The notes beneath the pieces were generated by a model. It saw only the letters and a program-made list of their open reading frames with translations, did no database searches and was not told the origin of the DNA. Positions 26,144 to 34,443 of a stretch of 64,000 nucleotides of DNA are shown one piece after another. How positions within the stretch are numbered: the first letter of the stretch is position 1; the number at the start of each line of letters is the position of its first letter. The translations under genes and the position numbers were made by a program. Source of the DNA: an uncultured Verrucomicrobiota bacterium (GTDB lineage Bacteria; Verrucomicrobiota; Verrucomicrobiia; Limisphaerales; JADLHS01); assembly GCA_903828255.1 (NCBI GenBank), contig CAIKLQ010000501.1:9491-73490 (forward strand), in the 5' to 3' direction.

Positions 26144-28713
26144 CGTTACCCGAAAAAATCAGTGGATTGGAAGGTGGTCATTTGGACGGCACGGGACTGC
26201 CCCAATTCTCCATGGAGTATTTCTCCGGTTGGGGGTTCGTGCGCGTGCAAAGCCTCGCGCGCTTTTGGGATACGCCTGAGTCAGCGAGTCAGACATTGGA
26301 ATCGGCGCAGGAGGCGTTCTATTCCGGCCTGCACGCGGCGCAATTACCGTGGGGTCTGCTGGTCCTCGGAGAGCCAACCCGCGTTTCGATCCATTTCGTG
26401 CTTCCCGGTGCGGGCAGTCGCTTGGCGTCCTGGAGCGGTGCGATTAAAGGTGCGCTTCCCGGATGCGAACTCGCCGACGATGTATCCAACCAGCAAATCT
26501 GTTCGCAGTTGGAGAAAATGCCGTTTGCCGTTGCCGTCACGGGGAATCCGTTTGTGGGAAATGTAGATGAAGGCTCGCAGCGAGTTGTTCGATCAGAAGG
26601 TGGGCGATTGGAGCGCGTGCTCTGCTCGTTGCGCGGTCGTGCATTCGCGTATCTGGTAGTCGCTCGCCCAGTGAAGCTGCCAGAAGTGGAGCGGACGCTG
26701 AACAACCTCACCATTGAGGAGCGTGAAATCCGGTCGGCGTTCATGCGGAAAGGCTCATCCGAAGACGGCAACAATCCCCGCGCGCAGCACTACCTGGAAC
26801 TGCTTCGGGTTTCGCGCGAAAATCATCTCGCCGGGCGGAATATCGGCATGTGGGATACCGGGGTTTATCTTCACACAGCGGATCAGAGCACTCTCATCGA
26901 GGGGAGTCGGGCGCTTCATGGGGTTCTGACGGGAGCACGAAACCAGCCTCAGCCCATCCGAGTGAATGTCTGCGAACGTCCCGCCCAAGGTCGGTTTGAG
27001 CCGGTTTTCACCCGCTTGAATTCCAAGGAAGTCATGGTTTTGACATGCCTGCCGAAAGAGGAATTGCCGGGCTATGAAATTCGCCAGCGGGTGTCTTTTG
27101 GTGTTTCGCCAGTGCTGCATGGAGCGGGAGACGTGGTGGATGTCGGCGTCGTTCTCAAGGACAGCCAGCGGACAGGCAATTGGTTTTCCGTTCCGGTGAA
27201 TGATTGGGCGCGGCACGCTCTGATCGCGGGTGTTTCCGGTTCGGGCAAGACGAACACCTGCAAATCCATCCTTTTTCAGTGCTGGCACGACCATTCCGTT
27301 CCATGGCTGGTGCTCGAACCCTCAATCAAGTCGGAGTATCGCACGCTGCTCAAGTCGAAGATTGGCGCGGATGTCCGCGTCTTCACACTTGGCGATGAAA
27401 CAGCCGTGCCATTCCGCCTGAACCCGTTGGAAGTCATGGCGGGCATCCATGTGCAAACGCACATTGATGCGTTGCTCGCGCTTTTCAACTCGGCCTTCGC
27501 CTGGGTTTCGCCAATGCCGGAAGTTCTTAACCTCGCCGTTCACCGACTCTACACAAACTTCGGCTGGGACTTAGCCACAGGCAGTCGTCACAAGACGGAC
27601 GGTTCAGAGCAGCCGACTTTGCGGGATTTGTTGGCGGTCATTCCGGGGTTGGTCGGCGAACTCGGCTACAACGACGACATTTCCTCGACGATTCGCGCAG
27701 GCTTGCTCACGCGACTTTCCAGTCTGTCGCTCGGTGCGAAAGGGCTGATGTTGAATTCCGGCCATTCCATTCCTTTCGACTACCTGCTCGCCAAGCCGAC
27801 GATTCTTGAAATGGCTACCATCGGCAACGAGGAGGAGAAAGCATTCCTGCTTGGGGCGGTTTTAGTGCGGCTCGCGCAATACCGCCAGCGCCAAGGAACG
27901 ACGGATGGGAAATTACGTCACCTCCTGCTGATTGAAGAAGCTCATCGGCTGTTGTCCGCCGTGCCTTCACAGGTCGCGTCCGAAGTCGCCAATCCGCGCG
28001 GCAAGGCGGTAGAAACCTTTTGCCATCTGTTGGCGGAGTTGCGGGCGTTTGGGCAAGGCATTGTCGTCGCGGAACAAATCCCTGCGAAACTCGCGCCGGA
28101 TGTTGTCAAGAACACGACGGTGAAGATTGTGCATCGGCTCGGTGCGAATGATGACCGCCGCCTGCTCGGTGGAACGATGAATCTCGATCCCTCCCAAGAG
28201 AAGTTCCTCTCCACGCTGCGTAATGGTCAGGCCGTAGCTTACACTGAAGGGCGTGAGACGGCCTTCCATATTGGAGTTCCCCACTTCGAGCATGGGCAGA
28301 ACCCGCTTCCCGTTCCGACGAAGGAAGAAATTGTTGTTCACATGCGCTCACAGTTGCCAGAGATGCCGCCGATCACACATGCGCTACGCAAAAAGCACAC
28401 AACTGCTACTGCTGATAACATTCCATCTTGTGCCGGCTGTCTACCCAGCTCTTGCACCATGCGGGGCGTAGTGCTGCAAAAGTTGGCGAAGTCTGGTTGG
28501 GAAGCGGAATTCGAGGGATCAATTGAACGCGGCTGGAAGGGAATTTGGGAGTTTGGCATGTCCGCCGCTAAAACCCTCCCTGTGACGAATAAACCCAACT
28601 GCGCCTACTGTGTCCTGATGAACATCGCCGCATTGAACCGCTGGGATGATGAAACCGTGGAACGAATGCGGCGCAATCTCGCGGCGCTCCGAGACAACAT
28701 GGCAATCTCCTGA
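26140..28713 (+). CDS. HerA/DUF87-like ATPase with a C-terminal Cys cluster
   Basis: GTG 26140 overlaps TGA and has a GGAGG RBS; 'RHALIAGVSGSGKTNT', 'LLIEEAHRLL', 'EQIPAKLAPDVVKNTTVKIVHRL'; 'CAGC...C...CAYC'. Confidence 0.85.
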   Translation: MTLPEKISGLEGGHLDGTGLPQFSMEYFSGWGFVRVQSLARFWDTPESASQTLESAQEAFYSGLHAAQLPWGLLVLGEPTRVSIHFVLPGAGSRLASWSGAIKGALPGCELADDVSNQQICSQLEKMPFAVAVTGNPFVGNVDEGSQRVVRSEGGRLERVLCSLRGRAFAYLVVARPVKLPEVERTLNNLTIEEREIRSAFMRKGSSEDGNNPRAQHYLELLRVSRENHLAGRNIGMWDTGVYLHTADQSTLIEGSRALHGVLTGARNQPQPIRVNVCERPAQGRFEPVFTRLNSKEVMVLTCLPKEELPGYEIRQRVSFGVSPVLHGAGDVVDVGVVLKDSQRTGNWFSVPVNDWARHALIAGVSGSGKTNTCKSILFQCWHDHSVPWLVLEPSIKSEYRTLLKSKIGADVRVFTLGDETAVPFRLNPLEVMAGIHVQTHIDALLALFNSAFAWVSPMPEVLNLAVHRLYTNFGWDLATGSRHKTDGSEQPTLRDLLAVIPGLVGELGYNDDISSTIRAGLLTRLSSLSLGAKGLMLNSGHSIPFDYLLAKPTILEMATIGNEEEKAFLLGAVLVRLAQYRQRQGTTDGKLRHLLLIEEAHRLLSAVPSQVASEVANPRGKAVETFCHLLAELRAFGQGIVVAEQIPAKLAPDVVKNTTVKIVHRLGANDDRRLLGGTMNLDPSQEKFLSTLRNGQAVAYTEGRETAFHIGVPHFEHGQNPLPVPTKEEIVVHMRSQLPEMPPITHALRKKHTTATADNIPSCAGCLPSSCTMRGVVLQKLAKSGWEAEFEGSIERGWKGIWEFGMSAAKTLPVTNKPNCAYCVLMNIAALNRWDDETVERMRRNLAALRDNMAIS

Positions 28714-28726
28714 ACCCGAAAAGCAC

Positions 28727-29350
28727 ATGTCCTCGAAATCACCAGAGCGGATGAAACTTCAGAAGCCGAGCGAGACGCCTGCGCTCCGCACCTATTTCGC
28801 CGACATGGACAAGGCCGCTGTCGGCGCAATCGGAGAACGGTTCAAGGAGTTTATCCCCGCGGATCGTCTGAAGAATCTGCCAGACATGCCGAGCAAGTTT
28901 GAAAGCTCACAGGACCTTCGTAAGACGTATCGGGCGGAGACGGGTCACAAAGCGCCTGATGGCCTTACCGGTTTCACCAGGCCGGATTCGCCGGCGCACA
29001 TATCCGTCAAGCATCTGGCGGGCGTTCCCGAAACGGTCTTGCACGAGCGGCTTCATCAAATGGCTTCGCCGGACGCCAAGCGTCTTCTCGGTAAACACTA
29101 CGAAGGCGTCACGCAGGATCTGGCGATTGAGGTTCTGGGGCGAGAACCGCAGGAGGGGGAATTGACGGGCTACCCGGTCGAGCGCGAGCGCGCCCATTCT
29201 ATGAGGAAACTTGTTGGGTCTGATGCCGTTTGCCGGGCCTATTTCCAAGGCGATGCAAAACCACTGAAGGCGGCGCTTGATCGAATGGCCTCGGAACGTC
29301 CGCTTGCGGGCATGCAGGACAAAATTAAGGAACTTCCGCCGCTAGAGTAA
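28727..29350 (+). CDS. Zincin-like metallopeptidase
   Basis: 'LHERLHQ' (HExxH) followed by 'YEGVTQ' and a downstream 'GYP'. Confidence 0.7.
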   Translation: MSSKSPERMKLQKPSETPALRTYFADMDKAAVGAIGERFKEFIPADRLKNLPDMPSKFESSQDLRKTYRAETGHKAPDGLTGFTRPDSPAHISVKHLAGVPETVLHERLHQMASPDAKRLLGKHYEGVTQDLAIEVLGREPQEGELTGYPVERERAHSMRKLVGSDAVCRAYFQGDAKPLKAALDRMASERPLAGMQDKIKELPPLE

Positions 29351-29369
29351 CAGACAAAACCAAAAAACT

Positions 29370-30272
29370 ATGGGTGAAGGAATCGCAAAACTTGTTGGCG
29401 TCCTGTTCTTGATCATCGCGGCGATCTACGCGGTGGTTCTCATCATAGCTGCCGCAGTGGTGATTGCCGCCGTGCTTGCACCTCCGGTCGGAGCGGGCTA
29501 TTGGCTACGAAAGCTGTTCACCCAACGATACCAGCTTGGGCCTCGCAAAACAGTAAAGTGCGTTCTGGTCGGCCTTGCGATGGCAGCCCTCCCGTTGATC
29601 CCCTTGGGCGTAGCGCCCGCGCCTGTTTCAGATTGGACCGTAGCAACCGCCGTCTGGATGTCCATCACGGGCTGCCTCCTTGGCGTGGGACTTTACCTGG
29701 CCTTGAGCGTTTACCACGACGTGTTCTGGCCGCATCGCAGGACGATCATTGTCGCGACGAAGGAAAGTCTAGCACTGAGGTATCAACTCTGGCGACAGGA
29801 CTTCCAGTTGAACCGAGTCAGCGCACGAGTTCGCAGGGTCGAACAAAGGGAAAATGCTCGCCTTGCGGAACTCCGCACACTTGAGCAGAGCGTGTCGGAA
29901 GTAATTCGGTCCACTGATCCGGCATTTCTCAGCGCGGAACGCGTGCGCTGGGAGACTGAATACAGCAACCTTGGTGCGTCAGCGCTTCGTAGCGAGTTGG
30001 ACAAAGTTCAGGGCGAGATAAACCAAACGGATAGGTCGTCCGCCTACTATTCGAGCTTAATGGTGCAATCGGGCATTCTGCGCATGTTGGTTCAACGTGG
30101 TGCATTTGCCTCTGGAAGCGGTGCAACTTTCGAGGCTGATCTTGCAAAGAAATCTGACCTCGAATCGACAACCGGTGGGCTGCGGGAGCGGCTCAATGCG
30201 CTCCGAAGTCAGGTTGTTGACGCCTATGCGTCACTGCGCCAACTCCGCCGACAACGCGTGTTCGTCCAATAA
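29370..30272 (+). CDS. Membrane protein with a C-terminal coiled coil
   Basis: Three to four N-terminal hydrophobic segments; heptad-rich C-terminus. Confidence 0.7.
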   Translation: MGEGIAKLVGVLFLIIAAIYAVVLIIAAAVVIAAVLAPPVGAGYWLRKLFTQRYQLGPRKTVKCVLVGLAMAALPLIPLGVAPAPVSDWTVATAVWMSITGCLLGVGLYLALSVYHDVFWPHRRTIIVATKESLALRYQLWRQDFQLNRVSARVRRVEQRENARLAELRTLEQSVSEVIRSTDPAFLSAERVRWETEYSNLGASALRSELDKVQGEINQTDRSSAYYSSLMVQSGILRMLVQRGAFASGSGATFEADLAKKSDLESTTGGLRERLNALRSQVVDAYASLRQLRRQRVFVQ

Positions 30273-30285
30273 CCCTTCAAGACCT

Positions 30286-30846
30286 ATGTCACTAACCGCT
30301 GATTACGATACTGAGATTCGAGTTCCCCAATTTCAACTTGGCGAAGCGCTTGGGGCTGTTGCCGGCCTTGCCGCATCCGAGATTCTGCGAAGACTTCTCA
30401 CCGGCAGATCGGGCACGCAAAGCGTCGCTGCCAGCACGCCGCAGCCGGAATTGACCTCCGCGCTCGCAAACATTCGTAGCCTTCCCTCCATGAACATCAT
30501 GCGGCAGGCTCTTGAAACAGTCGCTCGCGAGCGGAACGGCTCGGTGGCGGAAGACTACGAAGACTGCAATGGTAAGCGAACTCCCTGCCTCATCGGGTTG
30601 AAGGCTCCGCAGTTCCCGCGAGGAGTGGGAGTGGACATCTCGGCTGATGGCAAAGTCGTGTTCCGTTATGACGAGGTAGGCGGTGTTGCGCCTGCCGCCA
30701 AGTCGCTTTGCGACGATGTTTGCCGCGTGTATGCGACCATAGCGGTCCTGCACGCTCAAAAGAAACTCGGCTACCGGGTCAGCGCACGAGACATGTCGGA
30801 TGCCGCTGGCCGGAAGCAGGTGGTTGTTTCCGCAATGCGCGACTAA
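30286..30846 (+). CDS. DUF1257/Ycf35-like protein
   Basis: 'MS...YDTEI', 'QALE', 'GVDI..DG.V.F.YD', 'RVYA..AV...KKLGYRV' pattern; DUF2997-like gene nearby. Confidence 0.5.
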   Translation: MSLTADYDTEIRVPQFQLGEALGAVAGLAASEILRRLLTGRSGTQSVAASTPQPELTSALANIRSLPSMNIMRQALETVARERNGSVAEDYEDCNGKRTPCLIGLKAPQFPRGVGVDISADGKVVFRYDEVGGVAPAAKSLCDDVCRVYATIAVLHAQKKLGYRVSARDMSDAAGRKQVVVSAMRD

Positions 30847-30851
30847 AAGCC

Positions 30852-31487
30852 ATGCATACCAGAGGAAGCCAACTTCTGCGTGTCCATCGGTTTCTGGCTG
30901 AAACCGAAGTTGAAGGACCGGGCCGGAGGGCCGCCCTGTGGGTTCAAGGCTGCCCGATTAGGTGTCCAGGTTGTGCCAATGGCGCAACTTGGACGTTCGA
31001 TGGAGGCTACCAGACGACAGTGGAGAGTCTGTTCGATCAAATTCACGCGCAACGTGGCATCGAAGGTGTCACTTTCATCGGTGGCGAACCGTTCTCCCAT
31101 GCGGGGGCGCTGGCAGCGCTTGGCCGACTCTGCCGGGAGCATGCACTATCAGTAGTCACATTCACAGGTTACGAGTATGCGCGACTTATCGCAGCGCGCC
31201 GACCGGACTGGAACGCCTTGCTGGAAGTAACGGACCTGTTGTTGGCTGGACCTTTCGTCGCAGCCCAGAAGGACTTTTCCCGTCCGTGGGTTGGATCGCG
31301 CAATCAGGAATTCGTTTTTCTCACTGACCGTTACCGCCACTTGCAGGCAAAAGGCGTCGCGTTGAAAAACGGATTGGAAATCCTCATCGCTCCAAGCGGA
31401 AGCATTCGGCTGAACGGTCTTGCTCCCGTCGAGGACATATCTGCGATGCGCCGGGAATTGGCATCGCTCGGACTGAACACAAATTGA
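30852..31487 (+). CDS. NrdG-like radical SAM protein
   Basis: 'EGPGRRAALWVQGCPIRCPGC' (CxxxCxxC), 'GVTFIGGEP', 'FTGY', 'GSRNQ'; no nrdD in the window. Confidence 0.85.
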   Translation: MHTRGSQLLRVHRFLAETEVEGPGRRAALWVQGCPIRCPGCANGATWTFDGGYQTTVESLFDQIHAQRGIEGVTFIGGEPFSHAGALAALGRLCREHALSVVTFTGYEYARLIAARRPDWNALLEVTDLLLAGPFVAAQKDFSRPWVGSRNQEFVFLTDRYRHLQAKGVALKNGLEILIAPSGSIRLNGLAPVEDISAMRRELASLGLNTN

Positions 31488-31499
31488 GGCAACAACAAC

Positions 31500-31718
31500 A
31501 TGAAGAAGACGATTCAGACAAGGATTGATGCGAACGGGGACGTTCACTTGGATTTTGCAGGGTTCGTAGGACGCGAATGCCAAGTCGAGGAGGATCGCCT
31601 TCGTCGCGAATTAGCGACGTTGGGCTTGAATGTTGGCGTCACGCTATCGCCAAAAATGTCCGGCCGTCAATCCGCTGCGATTCAACCGTCCAGTTCAATG
31701 CAGAAGAATGTTCAGTAG
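31500..31718 (+). CDS. DUF2997-like small protein
   Basis: 'I...ID.NGDV..DFAGFVGREC......L...LG' pattern. Confidence 0.7.
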   Translation: MKKTIQTRIDANGDVHLDFAGFVGRECQVEEDRLRRELATLGLNVGVTLSPKMSGRQSAAIQPSSSMQKNVQ

Positions 31719-31733
31719 CTCCCAAAGTCCGCC

Positions 31734-32375
31734 GTGACGTATCGAATGATAACGCTTTGCACAATCAAGGACTTGATGCAAAAGGCAATTTGCTTGTTGG
31801 AGGCGTCATACTTTACAGACCGTCCTGATCGTTTTCATCCATCTGCTGCGAGTATCGCTTCCCCGAACCTGTTGGCGCTTCAGTGTCTTGAACTCATCGC
31901 GCTGTGCAAGTCGCCGGAGAAAACAAACGCATTGTTTTTGGCAAACGTGGTGACGTGGCTTGCTCTTGAGAAGCGGACTCCGACCTTGTTGATCACAGAC
32001 AAACACTCGCTCACTGTTCTCGCGGTCAACCTGCTGTTGTGGCGAGCAGGAATCAATCTGGAAGAAGCCGTCAACCCTGCTTGGGACGAGAATGAGTTCG
32101 CGCGATTAACCGTTGCCGCTGGCGAACTTGCCAGCGCCCCGCTTCTTGCAGTGAGGACAACGCCCATTTTGACATTCTGGAGTATGGCCCATGCTGCTGT
32201 TGCCAACCACGGAACACGCTGGGTCGTCATGGACAGAGCCGAAACAGAATCATTCGGCCAATTGACCAAGCTTAGTTGTGAGCTTGGCGTGCCCATCACG
32301 ATCACATCGTCGGCTTCGGTCTGGCGTTGGCGGCGTGCAAGCGAACAGCGGAGCGGACGGAACGGAGTTGAGTGA
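31734..32375 (+). CDS. Degenerate DnaB-like helicase C-terminal domain (Walker A lost); start uncertain
   Basis: 'ALFLANV...A....PTLLI', 'EFARLTVAAGELASAPL', 'WVVMD', 'LTKLSCELGVPI' align by eye with the DnaB RecA-like core. Confidence 0.55.
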   Translation: MTYRMITLCTIKDLMQKAICLLEASYFTDRPDRFHPSAASIASPNLLALQCLELIALCKSPEKTNALFLANVVTWLALEKRTPTLLITDKHSLTVLAVNLLLWRAGINLEEAVNPAWDENEFARLTVAAGELASAPLLAVRTTPILTFWSMAHAAVANHGTRWVVMDRAETESFGQLTKLSCELGVPITITSSASVWRWRRASEQRSGRNGVE

Positions 32376-32560
32376 AGCCGCGTAGCTGGAGCGACGACAC
32401 CAACACCAGACGGAAGCCCGCCGCCCTCGCGGCATTCTGCCAATGCTCGCTTGTGACGAGCGCGCGGTTTGCGGAGCGGAACGGGCGTGGTCGAGAGGGA
32501 TACGGGGTCGACCGGCAGCCCGTGCAGCGGAGCAGAACCGCGCGTTGGTCACGGCAGAAT
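32345..32560. repeat. Long imperfect hairpin repeat, copy A
   Basis: Palindromic core GTGAC...GTCAC at 32453-32552; direct repeat of about 33880-34100. Confidence 0.85.
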
Positions 32561-32631
32561 CGGTAACGTGCACAGCGTTCTCCGGCTCGCAACGAGTGCA
32601 ACGAGAATCCCCATGTCCTTTCGCAAATGGT

Positions 32632-33111
32632 TCAACTCGCACTTCGATTTCCAACGTCGGATGGCGTGTGCTTCCGCAGCGCGGGAGCAAGGGTCGCGGG
32701 ATTAACCCCCGTCCAACGGCAAAGTTCGACGTGGGTTTGTGGACCATAGTTGCTGGGGCGTCGGCCCGGCGAAAGTAGTCCAGTTTGCAGGGCATGGCGG
32801 ACCGACTTTTTGTTGGCGGGAATGCCGGATCGGCGAAGACATCGCCAAGCTCGGTAAGAAATCCCGATGTCTGGATAAGGGGACGTATCGTGGGCGGGCC
32901 AAATGTGGGGCAAAGCCCCAGGGTCAACACCAGCCCAGTGACAGACTTCCCTATGCGTTTTTTTGCCGTAGTTTGGCGGCCAACAATAGGGGTAGAGTCT
33001 CCCGGTTTTGAGAGCACGGATGATGACCTCTTTCTTGATGGGAATGCCGGCGTTCACTAGGCAGCGGTTCGTTCTGCCGCAAAGGCCGTTTGGAAGCAAT
33101 CTGGATGTCAT
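32632..33111 (-). CDS. Protein with two tandem RNA polymerase alpha-CTD-like domains
   Basis: 'GLCGRTNRCLVNAGI...NYGKKTHREV' and 'GISYRAWRCLRRSGI...NYGPQTHVEL' versus the alpha-CTD pattern 'LSVR..NCL..AGI...NLG.KSL.EI'. Confidence 0.65.
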   Translation of the reverse strand: MTSRLLPNGLCGRTNRCLVNAGIPIKKEVIIRALKTGRLYPYCWPPNYGKKTHREVCHWAGVDPGALPHIWPAHDTSPYPDIGISYRAWRCLRRSGIPANKKSVRHALQTGLLSPGRRPSNYGPQTHVELCRWTGVNPATLAPALRKHTPSDVGNRSAS

Positions 33112-33129
33112 GGCTAGGTGCCTTCAATC

Positions 33130-33711
33130 TCAGGCGGCGTTGCGTTTGGATGCAGATTTCTTGCTGGGAAAACTTCGGTGCACCTCTTGGTTCGGTTCAC
33201 CCGCGATCATTGCGTCCCAGGAAAGCGTCGCCCACTTGCCTTTGCCTTTCCCGAGTAACTGACGGTCAACCATTCGGGCTGCAAATTGGAAGTCGTCCGA
33301 TATTTTGACCACGACCAGCTTGCCGAAATTTCCAGCTCGCTTGAGCCGTACGCCATTACTCTTCTTGTCCGGCGTGATGGTCTTCACCTCCACGAAATCA
33401 TTGCCGAGCAAGCCATCCGATCCCTGGGTCATCGGATTGTGCCGCTTGATGCCAAACATGATCTCTGCGAACAGCTCGCCGAGTTCTCCAAGGATGGGAA
33501 GATGGCGTCCGGTAAGCCGCTTGTATTTTGCCGCCGCTTCCACCAACTCCGCAAAGACCTCCAAAATTTCAGGACGAACCTTGCGGTGGTCTCTGGGCAG
33601 CAGTCGGCCTTTGGTGGAATCGTAGAGATACGCGTGACGAAGCAGGACGCTGTCTTTTCGAGCTTCAGCCTCCTTGTCCGCAATCGACTGCGGTCGGGTG
33701 GTGGTGCTCAT
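33130..33711 (-). CDS. PD-(D/E)XK-fold protein (DUF6998-like)
   Basis: 'GELGE.FA', 'QGSDG', 'VEVKT'. Confidence 0.6.
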   Translation of the reverse strand: MSTTTRPQSIADKEAEARKDSVLLRHAYLYDSTKGRLLPRDHRKVRPEILEVFAELVEAAAKYKRLTGRHLPILGELGELFAEIMFGIKRHNPMTQGSDGLLGNDFVEVKTITPDKKSNGVRLKRAGNFGKLVVVKISDDFQFAARMVDRQLLGKGKGKWATLSWDAMIAGEPNQEVHRSFPSKKSASKRNAA

Positions 33712-33879
33712 AATTTTGTCAGGTTAATGACAGCGCATCGGCAGGCTGCGCGCTGCATTGTCTGGGGCGGCGGAATATCCACCAAGTTCATGCGATTGCT
33801 CATCGAGTTGCCAAAGCATAGTCACATTCGGACAGGCTGGCTATCACCGACAAGCTTCGGTCTGTGGTCGGCGAGCGGG

Positions 33880-34100
33880 GAAAGTGGAGCGGAGGGCGGA
33901 GAGAAGCGCATAGCGAATCGTAGCCGGAGCGCAACGCCGCCGCCGAGCCACAGACGGAAGCCGCCGCGTCTGCGGCACTGCAATATGAAAGCTCGTGACG
34001 AGCGCGCGATTTGCGAAGCGGAACGGGCGTGGTTGAGAGGGGACAGGGCCGACCGGCAGCCCGTGAAGCGCAGCAAACCGCGCGTTGGTCACGGCGGATT
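33880..34100. repeat. Long imperfect hairpin repeat, copy B
   Basis: Palindromic core CGTGAC...GTCACG at 33994-34093. Confidence 0.85.
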
Positions 34101-34443
34101 GGGTTTATGATTTTTCTATACCCCTGTCAACGAATGTCATACCTTTCCAGCTATTCTATGAGCATGAAAACCGAACCAGTCACCTCAACTGAGAATCTGA
34201 TCCGTGATTTCGGCTTCGCGCTTTCAATTATTTTTCGGGGCGTTTCAGCCAACATGCACTCCTTGTCTCTTATTCTCCGTGCAGTGTTTCGAAATATTCT
34301 GCATCATTTATTTTATGAGCATGGCAACTTCAGCGACCAGAACGGGAATCAGGAACAACCACAATTACCGTATCATTGCCGATTGGTCCAAGGTGAACAT
34401 GCAGACGGCTTTGCCGTCCGTTTGAAATTCACCCCATATTCCT

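Noticed and set aside
30852-31487. Calling this gene nrdG of an anaerobic ribonucleotide reductase
   Set aside because: No nrdD or other glycyl-radical enzyme in the window; the context is the DUF1257/DUF2997 cluster.
33766-33782. Possible seventh variant sigma-54 promoter GTGGATATTCCGCCGCC (minus strand) upstream of the PD-(D/E)XK gene
   Set aside because: Spacing and CCGCCGC fit, but the -24 element (TGGATA) and final base deviate; too weak to list as a feature.
32345-34100. Integron attC sites or CRISPR repeats
   Set aside because: Only two long copies, no RYYYAAC/GTTRRRY boxes, no integrase or cas genes, no regular spacers.
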